Assembly (NCBI GenBank): GCA_964016885.1
Contig: CAXHJY010000770.1
Location: 1 to 34,613 of the forward strand
Origin: Eledone cirrhosa
Lineage: Eukaryota
Length of the DNA: 34,613 bases
Reading direction: 5' to 3'
Numbering within the stretch: the first letter of the stretch is position 1; every line of letters starts with the position of its first letter. Of this stretch, positions 19,888 to 29,897 are shown in pieces. Position numbers and translations under genes: made by a program. The notes under the pieces are model-generated. The model made no database searches and was not told the origin of the DNA. It was given only the letters and a program-made list of their open reading frames with translations.

Positions 19888-22800
19888 TTAGGTAAGGCGG
19901 GTCTTCTCTATTACTGAGTACCGCGAAAGGTCTCGGTCCAGTGACATTGTCTTGGAGAGGTGTAAGCGTGTGAGGTCGGAATTTATCAGCTCGTCCCATG
20001 TTTTTCTGGGTCTGCCTACTCCGTGGCTACCGTCTATCTTTATTGCCCTGCACTTTGTTATACAGCTGTCGTCTTTCATGCGCATCACGTGACCGTACCA
20101 ACGTAGCCTTCTCTCGAGTAAAGAACATCTGATCCCTCTTATTTCTAATTTTTTCCTTAGTTCGTTTATGCTTTGCCGTTCACGTATATTACTATTGCAC
20201 ATCCAGCGGAGCATGCAAGCTTCGTTCCTCTCTAGTCTGCGTATATCCTCTGCACACAATGCCCAGGTCTCACTGCCATGCAGCATTGCTGTTCGTATGC
20301 AGGCATCGTATAACCTGCCTTTCATTTTTAGGGAGAACCCTCTAGCGGCTAATAGTGGTATAAGCTCTCTGAACTTTTTCCATCCAGTTCTGACTCTAGC
20401 TACTGTACTTTCAGAGCACCCTCCCCCACTGCTGATTTTGTCACCCAGGTAACGGAAGCTGTCCACTATTTCTATAGAACCATCTGCGCAATTGAAAGAG
20501 CTAGTATTTTGTGGGCACTTGCTGCTACTTATTGCACCAGAGCACCGGCCACATGTAAAATCTATGTTCTTAGTTAGCTTACCTGTGATCCCACTACATC
20601 TTTTATTCACCCATACCTTGCATTTGGGACATAAAATGGAGTTTCTACCTACGCCTTTCCTACACACTGAGCATGGCCATTTCCCAGATGGGACTGCCGC
20701 CATATTTTCTTTCCTACAAACTAGAACTTTTGTCTTAGCCAGGTTAATTTTAAGGCCTTTTGATTCTAGGCCGTGCTTCCATGTTTGGAATTTCTTCTCT
20801 AGTTCGGTCATTGATTCAGCTATGAGCGTTAGATCATCTGCGTATAGGAGTTCCCATGGGCAGCCGGTCTTGAACTCCTCTGTTATAGCCTGAAGGGCAA
20901 TAATAAATAGTAGGGGCCTAAGAACAGAGCCCTGATGGACACCAACTTTTACGCTAAACTCTTCACTATATTCGTTGTTAATTCTAACCTTACTGACTGT
21001 TTCTTTATACATGGCTTGTATAGCTCTCACAAGCCATTCGTCAACACCTAGTTTTCTAAGAGACCACCATATAATGGAACGGGGGAGTCTGTCGAAGGCT
21101 TTCTCCAAGTCGACGAAAGCTAAGTATAGGGGTTTACTTTTAGCTAGGTACTTCTCCTGTAGTTGTCGTACAATGAAAAGAGCGTCTGTGGTACTTTTGC
21201 CTGACACAAACCCGAACTGCATTTCATCTAGGTCAATCTCTCTCTGATTAGTTGCGCTATTACTTTTTCCGTGACCTTCATGACCTGGTCGATTAATTTA
21301 ATGCCTCTATAGTTACTCCTATCTAGGGCATCTCCTTTTCCCTTATAGCAGTTAACGATGATGCTGCTACGTCAGTCCTTCAGAACAACCCCATTCTGTA
21401 CGACTTGGTTAACTATCCGGGTGACCATGGTGTGTCCCACCGAACCAGATGCCTTCAGCATCTCAGCAACTATTTCCGAAGGCCCAGCCGCCTTACCCGT
21501 CTTCATATCTTTGATTGCCTTGCTTATTGTACTACCCTGGACTAACACTGCTGGTCCCTCTATTGGGTCGATGTGGGGGAGACTGTCTTTCTCCCATTTG
21601 TTCTCCTCATTTAGAAGCCTTTCGTAGTGACACTTCCAAGCTACCTTCTTATCAGCGTCGGTGATGGCAAGTATGCCATCATCGTTAAGCACACACTTCT
21701 CCCCGACAATATCACGGTTTTCCTTGACACATTGCCTGGCAATCCTGAACACCTCACGTTTTTGGTCCTCACGTTGTAGAACATGCTTGAACTTTCTTTC
21801 CTCTGCTTCCCTTCTTGCGAAGTACACTTGTCTCCTAGCTTCCCTCCTGACTACCTGATAGTCTTCTCTACTTCCCCCATCCCGCCATGCTTTCCAAGTC
21901 TGCTTTTTGGCCTTAATTGACTCCTCCACCTTACTGTTCCACCACCATGTTACTCTCCTCCTACCTACAGGCCTGCTCCAGCCACAGACTTCGTCTGCCG
22001 CCGTCAGCAGGTTTGCTCTCAGGAATTCCCACTGTTCCTCTATATTATACGTCTCTAATTGCTCTTCCTTACTGTCGAAAGCGTCAAGTAATATGCTTTG
22101 AAATTTATTTCTGACTATGGGGTCCTTTATCTTCCATATTTTTCTCCTGAGGATAGTCCTCTTCCGCTGTCTAGTACGTCTCGTCCTGACTATGAAGTCG
22201 CTAATTATCAGTCTATGTTGGGAGGTGAATTCTTCATGGGGGAGGGATTTAGTGTTAACAACAGACACTCTGTCACGTCTTCTGGTAAGGATATAATCTA
22301 CCTGGCTTGTGTGTTCCCCCGATCTATAGGTGATCAAGTGATTGTCTCGTTTTTTGAAGTTAGTGTTACAGATAGTTAAGTTATTTGCGTCGCAGAATTC
22401 CAGGATTCTGGAGCCTTCCTCATTTCTAGTACCGAACCCATAGCCTCCATGGATTCCGTCATAGCCGTCACAATGCTGTCCGTGACCATTTAGGTCGCCT
22501 GCAATAACTATATAGTCACTGTCGGTTATTTGGGAGGTAGCGAGCATCAGTGTCTCGTAGAATCTGTCTTTTATAGCACCGGGCAGTCCGGATTGTGGTG
22601 CGTACGCAGATATTACTGTCACCGTAGTTTTATTGAGGACAAGTCTTATTTTAATTATTCTGTCGTTCACTCTATTTACGTCTATTATCTTATCTGCCCA
22701 CTTTTCTGCTACCATGATTCCTATCCCACCCAACCCATTGTCATTTCCCACCCAGAAAAGCTTATAGCATCGTTCTTTACCCACGATGAATCTAGCCGAC

Positions 22801-22985
22801 CCTCCCCTCCACTTGGTCTCTTGAATACAACAAACATCGACCTCCTTACGTTCAAGCATTTCTACAACCTCGTTAGAGCGACCCTTTAAGGTGCCTACAT
22901 TCATGGTACCAACTCTGAAGTTTTGGATTGCGTTTGGAGGGTGGGAGGGGTGGGGCGCGGGGGGTGATGGGGTTATGTTAGCCAT
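19888..22985 (-). pseudogene. Disrupted APE-RT ORF of RTE-B copy 1
   Basis: Likely ATG at 22985 (MANITPSPP). Lesions relative to the other copies: TGG>TGA at 21374-21372, a 1-nt deletion near 21238 (frame change between track ORFs 21372..23129 and 19888..21222), PHD His>Asn, and a 29-nt insertion at 19863-19891. Confidence 0.88.
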
Positions 22986-23221
22986 CCTGGGCCGAAACAA
23001 GGCGGAGTGCTTGCATTCTCGTCCACGAGGTGAATTTGTCTTTATCTTTGGCATTGTCGCTGAGCGTCCACATTTTTCTCTCTTCAACTCTCCTGAATTC
23101 CGTAGTCCATCCATCATATCGAAAAGCAACCAGTTAGGCGATAGTATGGGCCTCTGACTTATGATTGGTCCACGTAATAATGGTGGTGCGTGGGGGAGGG
23201 TGGGAGGGATGATGTGTTGTT

Positions 23222-24084
23222 AGCGAGAATGTAAGGTTTAAGATAAGATCGCCGTATTTTGGGCATAATTTAACAAACGAAAATACAAGATTTGTTTTTA
23301 AGAAAATACGATAGAGAAAATGCGGTGATAGGGAAAATATGATTTTTAGAGAAAAAATATGATATAGAATGATAGAATGGTGAAAATATGATATAGTGTG
23401 AAATTAGGACATAGAACAGTCATTGAAATGAATGGATTCGAATGGAGAGAAGAATCGAGAAAAATATATTTGGACGTTACTTTATACCGCAAGAAGAGCC
23501 ATCCCAGAAATAGCGAGTTGGCGATTGTGATTAATTTTGGTAGGGATTTATCTTATATGTATAGAGAGGGATGGGGGGGGGGGGGAACCAGCATGGTGTA
23601 TGGGTAGGGGGTACAAGATGGGATGGAGCAGAGGTTAAGAGTTTAAATAGGTACTAGAAGTTTTGCGTAGAACTTAGCAAGTTTAACAAAATATATTTAA
23701 AGGAATATATAATAGTGATTTGTTTTTGTTATGAAAATACGACAGAATATGAAAATATGACTGAATTAAGCGAGAATGTAAGGTTTAAGATAAGATCGCC
23801 GTATTTTGGGCATAATTTAACAATAAACGAAAATACAAGATTTGTTTTGTTTAAGAAAATACGATAGAGAAAATGCGGTGATAGGGAAAATATGATTTTT
23901 AGAGAAAAAATATGATATAGAATGATAGAATGGTGAAAATATGATATAGTGTGAAATTAGGACATAGAACAGTCATTGAAATGAATGGATTCGAATGGAG
24001 AGAAGAATCGAGAAAAATATATTTGGACGTTACTTTATACCGCAAGAAGAGCCATCCCAGAAATAGCAAGTTGGCGATTGTGAT

Positions 24085-24086
<2 letters not shown>
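23222..24086. repeat. Direct repeat pair (23222-23533 and 23769-24086) separated by a 235-bp spacer
   Basis: Near-identical AGCGAGAATGTAAGG...GGCGATTGTGATTA units; both give the same short track ORF (MKLGHRTVIE...). Confidence 0.95.
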
Positions 24087-24115
<29 letters not shown>

Positions 24116-24136
24116 GTATATATATATGTATATATG

Positions 24137-24166
<30 letters not shown>
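24087..24166. repeat. Short interrupted (TA)n array 6
   Basis: Directly visible; single-G interruptions. Confidence 0.97.
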
Positions 24167-24167
<1 letters not shown>

Positions 24168-25782
24168 GCCATCACCGACGCTGATAAGAAGGTAGCTTCG
24201 AAGTGTCACTATGAAAGGCTACTAAATGAGGAGAATAAATGGGAGAAAGACAGTCTCCCCCATAACGACCCAATAGAGGGACCAGCAGTGTTAGTCGAGG
24301 GGAGTATGATAAGTAAGGCAATCAAGGATATGAAGACGGGTAAGGCTGCTGGGCCTTCGGAAATTGTTGCTGAGATGCTGAAGGCATCTGGCACGGTGGG
24401 ACACACCATGGTCACCCGCATAGTTAACCAAGTCGTACAGAATGGGGTTGTTCCGAAGGACTGGCATAGCAGCATCATCGTTAACTGTTATAAGGGTAAA
24501 GGAGACGCCCTAGATAGGAGTAACTATAGAGGCATTAAATTAATCGACCAGGTCATGAAGGTCACGGAAAAAGTAATAGCGCAACTAATCAGAGAGAGAA
24601 TTGACCTAGATGAAATGCAGTTCGGGTTTGTGTCAGGCAAAAGCACCACAGACGCTCTTTTCATAGTACAACAACTACAGGAGAAGTACCTAGCTAAAGG
24701 TAAACCCCTCTACTTAGCTTTTGTCGACCTGGAGAAAGCCTTCGACAGAGTCCCCCGCTCCATTATCTGGTGGGCTCTTAGAAAACTAGGCGTTGACGAA
24801 TGGCTTGTGAGGGCTATACAAGCCATGTATAAAGAAACAGTCAGCAAGGTTAGAATTAACAACGAATATAGTGAAGAGTTTAGCGTAAAAGTTGGCGTCC
24901 ATCAGGGCTCTGTTCTCAGCCCCCTACTATTTATTATTGCCCTTCAGGCTATAACAGAGGAGTTCAAGACAGGCTGCCCATGGGAACTCCTATACGCAGA
25001 CGACCTGACACTCATAGCGGAATCCATGGCCGAGCTAGAGAAGAAATTCCAAACATGGAAGCACGGCCTAGAGTCAAAAGGACTTAAAATTAACCTGGCT
25101 AAGACCAAAGTTCTAGTTTGTAAGAAAGAAAACAAGGCGGCGGTCCCTTCTGGGAAATGGTCGTGCTCGGTGTGTAGGAAAGGCGTAGGTAGAAACTCCA
25201 TTTTATGTCCTAAATGCAAAGTATGGGTGCATAAAAGATGTAGTGGGATCACAGGTAAGCTAACTAAGAACATAGATTTTACATGTGGCCGGTGTTCTGG
25301 TGCAATAAGTAGCAGCAAGTGCCCACAAAATACTAGCTCTTTCAATTGCGCAGAGGGTTCTATAGAAATAGTGGACAGCTTCCGTTACCTGGGCGATAAA
25401 ATCAGCAGTGGAGGAGGGTGCTCTGAAAGTACTGTAGCTAGAGTCAGAACTGGTTGGAAAAAGTTCAGAGAGCTTATACCACTATTAGCTGCTATAGGGT
25501 TCTCCCTAAAAATGAAAGGCAGGTTGTACGATGCCTGCATACGAACAGCAATGTTGCATGGCAGTGAGACCTGGGCATTGTGTGCAGAGGATATACGCAG
25601 ACTAGAGAGGAGCGAAGCTTGCATGCTCCGCTGTATGTGTAACAGTAATATACGTGAACGGCAAAGCATAAACGAACTAAGGAAAAAATTAGAGATAAGA
25701 GGGATCAGATGTTGTTTACTCGAGAGAAGGCTACGTTGGTATGGATACGTGATGCGCATGAAAGTCGATAGCTGTATAACAA
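24167..25782 (+). mobile_element. RTE family B copy 2: internal RT(PHD) fragment, truncated at both ends
   Basis: Open frame AITDADKK...YADD...PHD...RMKVDSCIT, homologous to copies 1 and 3. It ends at the Penelope pLTR, and no contiguous 3' remainder follows the Penelope element. Confidence 0.95.
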
Positions 25783-25960
25783 TGTTTGAATATGTATCAA
25801 TGTTTGAATATGTATTGGTATGTCTCTCGGCTGAAAGGGAGGTCATATAACTGTCCATGCATTAATAAATTGCTCCGAAGAATCCAAACCTCGGTTTGGA
25901 GGAAACAGCTGTAAGCACAATAATGTTTTGAACAGTTCTTTGATTCTTATATTTCATATA
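25779..25960 (+). repeat. Penelope pseudo-LTR, 5' copy
   Basis: Identical to 32523-32701 apart from one 3-nt indel. Starts with a tandem 18-mer (CAATGTTTGAATATGTAT x2); AATAAA at 25864-25869. Confidence 0.93.
25871..25917 (+). ncRNA. Minimal type I hammerhead ribozyme-like motif (variant core)
   Basis: TGCT-CCGAAGA-A-TCCAAAC-CTCG-GTTTGGA-G-GAAA-CAGCTG-TA-AGCA: stem I TGCT/AGCA, 7-bp stem II, palindromic stem III, predicted GUA cleavage after 25913. Confidence 0.78.
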
Positions 25961-26166
25961 ACTGCTCTGTAAATCATCTGATGTTTTTACATTGAGCTAC
26001 TTAACTTACTGGTAATAAGGTAGTAATACAATACTGCCTACCACTATTTAGGGTGTGTGTAAAATACTTACAACTGCTTAAGGTCTTGTGTTTACATAAC
26101 CATAAATAGTATAACTAATACTATTAACTGCTCCATATCGTTGAGCTGACATATAATATTGCCAAT

Positions 26167-28621
26167 ATGCTAATCAAAGACCAACTCCCCCTGTCAACCA
26201 AGAACATACCAATACCATCCAGGAATACATATGAGAAATTGCTGATCAACAGTGTAAATTCATTTATCAATAGAGTGAGATGGAGGACATTCCATTATGA
26301 TAGAAACAAATCTAACAACTTGAATAATACTAACAATTTTGACTCCTTCGGCTTTAAAACCTTTAAAAGCCCCCCTCATAACACTCTTCTTAACTCCTTT
26401 GAAAATGACCTAGTGAAACTAGTTAAGAACATTAAATACAATAAGCACCATATTAAAAGCAACACCTTCTTAAACAAACTTAACACTTCTATTAATGGAT
26501 TCAAAACTAGTAATAAAATTATTGTACACGCAGATAAAACTAATAACATATACAGCCTAGATTATAATACTTATAGAAAGTTTATATATAATGAACTACA
26601 TAAAAGCTACAAAAAAACCACCTTGAAAAACTTAGAAGATATTAATGTAGAGGGTTATAATATAGTGTCTAAACTAGGACTACAGAGGCATACACAACCT
26701 TTCACTCCGAACCCCCATAGATTCTCTCTGAAGGACCATAAGGAGAACTTCATCAGCAACCCCACGATAAGACTTATCTGCCCTTCCAAGTCCGACATTG
26801 GTATTATCAGCAAGAAGATTTTGGATAAAATCATCCCACAAATTAAACACAAGATACACCTTAAACAATGGGGAAATACGGGTGAAGTCATTGAATGGTT
26901 CAAGGATATCAAGAATAATAAGAACAAAAAATTTATTCAATTTGATATCAATTCGTACTACACCTATTTCCCCTATCCTATTAAATAAGGCACTTATCAT
27001 GGCCATGACCAATAGCGACCTGACTAGAGCCCAGGTTGATGTCATCCTTGCGGCCCGTAAAACCATAATTACCTTTGAGGACCAACTATGGACACGCAAG
27101 GATACGCACAACAACTTCGACATAACCATGGGATCTAGTGACTCGGCGCAGGTCACTGATTTGGTCGGCCTATACCTCCTCAATGAAATCCATAAGGACC
27201 TCCCTTACCTCAACGGTGGTTTGTACCGCGATGATGCACTTCTACTTATAGAATATAAAAAATTTAATATAGAAAGAACTAGAAAACAACTGCATAAGAC
27301 ATTCAAAAACTTTAACCTTAGTATCACCATGGACAAAAACACTAAAAATGTTAACTTCCTAGACGCCACACTATACCTAGACTCAAAAATATATACACCT
27401 TTCCATAAGCCTAATGAGAAACTTATTTACGTAGATACCAAGTCTAATCACCCTAGATCAATATTAAACTCTATCTCTAAGGGGGTGTCCAATAGAATCT
27501 CTAGTCTGTCCTATGACGCAAACATATTTAGCAAAAACTCACAATATTACAATCAAGCATTAGCTAGCTCCGGCCATAATATAGAAATTGAGTTCCTACC
27601 TAAGAAAACACATAGCTACAACATCATCTCGCACAACATGTCCATGAGGAAATCTAATAGGAATAGCAACCACAAGTACACCAAAGCGGAGTGTGCCACC
27701 AGAAGTAACCATTACCATGGAAACTACTGTGGGGCCTTAGGAGGCAGCAACACACCAAACACTAAAAGCAAAAATAGAAGAAGAAATAATACATTTTTCA
27801 ACCCTCCTTTCAACCTTAATGTCTCCACCAACATACCTAGGGCTTTCTTCTCACTACTAGATAAAAACTTCCCTCTAGGACACAAGTACCACAACCTCTT
27901 AAACAAAAACACCATTAAAATCTCATACTCTACGACGCCTAACTTAGCATACCACATAGCTAGCAGCAATAATAGTAAAATTAGTTCTTACTTCCAACAA
28001 ACAAAATCACAACGGGATGCAAACCCTCTAAATACCACTGTAGCAAGCAACCATAGCAACGGCAGTAACAATAGAAATAACACTAGTATAAGTAATAACA
28101 CCAGGGTTGTCAACCCGAACACCCAAAATCCTATATCTACCACACAGACTTCCACATTGCATTATAACCAGCGGACTAACGCACAGGATAATTGTAACTG
28201 TAGAGCTAATAGAACCTGCCCTTTAGATAAAAAATGCCTAACCAAGGATGTCATATACTCATGCACCGTCACGACTAATAACTCTTCAGAAACCTATGTA
28301 GGCTCCACTTCTAACTGCTTCAAAATCAGATATAATTCGCACATCCACTCGTTCAAAAAGCACAGCCTAGCGAACTACACCTCACTTTCTAGCTACATAC
28401 ACTATCTAAAATCTAAAAATAAACCATACACACTCAAATGGGAAGTGATAGGCAGCGCGACCTCGTACAAACCACCTAATAAATTCTGTAACCTCTGTAT
28501 ACTAGAGAGACACAATATTATCTTCTCCAACCGTAACCTACTTCACAAAAAATCTGAGGTGTTTGCAACTTGCCAGCACCGCCTCAGACATTCCTTCCAA
28601 AACTTTAAGCCCAATATATAG
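26167..28621 (+). pseudogene. Penelope-like RT + GIY-YIG endonuclease ORF (~817 codons) with one frameshift at ~26965
   Basis: KNIPIPS, RVRWR, ADKT, LKDHKENF..NPT.RLI.P.KSDIG, FIQFDI, then after the frameshift FDITMGS.DSAQV.DLVG, GLYRDD, NFLD, FFNPPF, CNC..CPL..CL, VIY..YVG, FK.RY..H, CNLC..E, CQH. Confidence 0.9.
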
Positions 28622-29897
28622 CAAGGTCGGACTGGAACCTAACACCACATCTAGCATCAAACACCAGAGACACACCTTATACTACATACCCAACACTAAC
28701 TGATCCATTATAACACAAACAACGACATCCCTCTGGAACCCTTCGCAGGGAGAATACCCATTTATACCTCTACGGCAGGCGTGACAACATCCACCCACTT
28801 GAACGGCACTACACTGCTCTAAGGGTAATTTGAGCATGAATTGATCGGTCGGATAGTGTTGTGCAGAGGAAACACCTTCCTTAGACGGATGTAAAATGAT
28901 TTAATCGAGTAGCGCTGTTGACCAGTAGGACCGGACTGCTGAGCGCAGTGAGTGAATGCATTGCAACTGCCGGGCGGGTTGTACGTATATGGATGATCTG
29001 ACGGTCAGAGAGGGGTCGCGAGGACCGCGGATTGACCTTTGGCCGGCCTGGGGATGATTTTCTTTCGACATCAAATGTAGCAAGCGATGACCCAGATCTT
29101 ACCAGAGATCATTGGGTCCTGAAGCAAGCCTGCAATCACCGCGCCTGGTCATATGAGCAGACTACAACCACAAAGATCATTAACTTAGAATCCTCGCTCA
29201 TCATCTATAATTTCCATTTGTGGCACCTTAAGATGGGTTAACCCACCATAATAATATGACCACCTTCAGCATAACTTAATTAAACTACTCTATAGTTAAT
29301 ACACTTTATGCTTTAAAAATCTCTCTTGGAAGATGCGCATCACCATAGAATTTAGAGTCTATATTGGGACACATTTTAATGGCTAGATATAGAAACCCCA
29401 GAGTTACCTCCCCGCACGCATTAACTCCCCTATGCCACACACACACTTCCGGGCGGTATTCAATGGCGTTTCTAGAAACGTAACAACCTCCTGTATCGAA
29501 CTAAAGAACACCAGACTACGATCTCTAACTGGATTGTCATGGATTACGTGAAGGGCATATAATCGAAAAATACACTCCCCTGACCATGAAAATGCCGAAG
29601 TACATGAAATACTTGACATCCCTGCGCTGTGCATCTCCATTACTTATAACACTTTTAATGCTTGCACTATCTTTAATGCTTATAATATTTCTCCACACAC
29701 AGACTATATCAATCATAAAGAATTTGCCACCAGATCTACCAACCTAACACTCTTGTTTACCTACCTAAGTGCCTCTACCACACAAATCTCTCTGCCAAAC
29801 TATATAAACAAGACGCGCATGCGTGCCACACACATAACATTTGCACTATATAACCGCTTATCTTCATGTATTTTAACCTATATTTTTGATTTTTGAT

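Larger units (their letters stand above)
19384..24086 (-). mobile_element. RTE family B copy 1, near full length (5' repeats, single APE-RT(PHD) ORF, 3' module, (GAT)n tail)
   Basis: APE motifs: TMNVGTL, CCIQETKW, SAYAPQ, GDLNGH, QVDYIL, SQHR. RT motifs: NYRGIKL, QFGF, FVDLEKAFD, GVHQGS, YADD, FRYLG. Including 23222-24086 in the element is an inference. Confidence 0.9.

Noticed and set aside
21372-21374. TGA as a selenocysteine or readthrough codon in RTE-B
   Set aside because: The other copies have TGG (Trp), and this copy carries further lesions; it is an ordinary nonsense mutation.
20168-22889. Short antisense ORFs over the LINE ORFs (also 405-2939, 24209-25858, 30323-32500)
   Set aside because: Shadow frames of RT/APE coding sequence with no recognisable domains; they recur only because the elements do.
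23222-24086. LTR retrotransposon or TRIM
   Set aside because: No TG...CA ends, primer-binding site or target-site duplication could be identified.
24020-24086. HDV-like ribozyme at the RTE 5' end
   Set aside because: I could not build the nested double pseudoknot by eye; a descriptor search is needed.
26955-26990. Programmed frameshift in the Penelope ORF
   Set aside because: It falls immediately after the RT FDI motif with no slippery heptamer; more likely a mutation or sequencing indel.
28190-29125. Selenoprotein-type Naiad with a SECIS element
   Set aside because: The knuckle Cys codons are TGT/TGC, there is no in-frame TGA, and the stop is TAG. The 29087-29122 hairpin lacks correct GA-quartet register and the apical AA.
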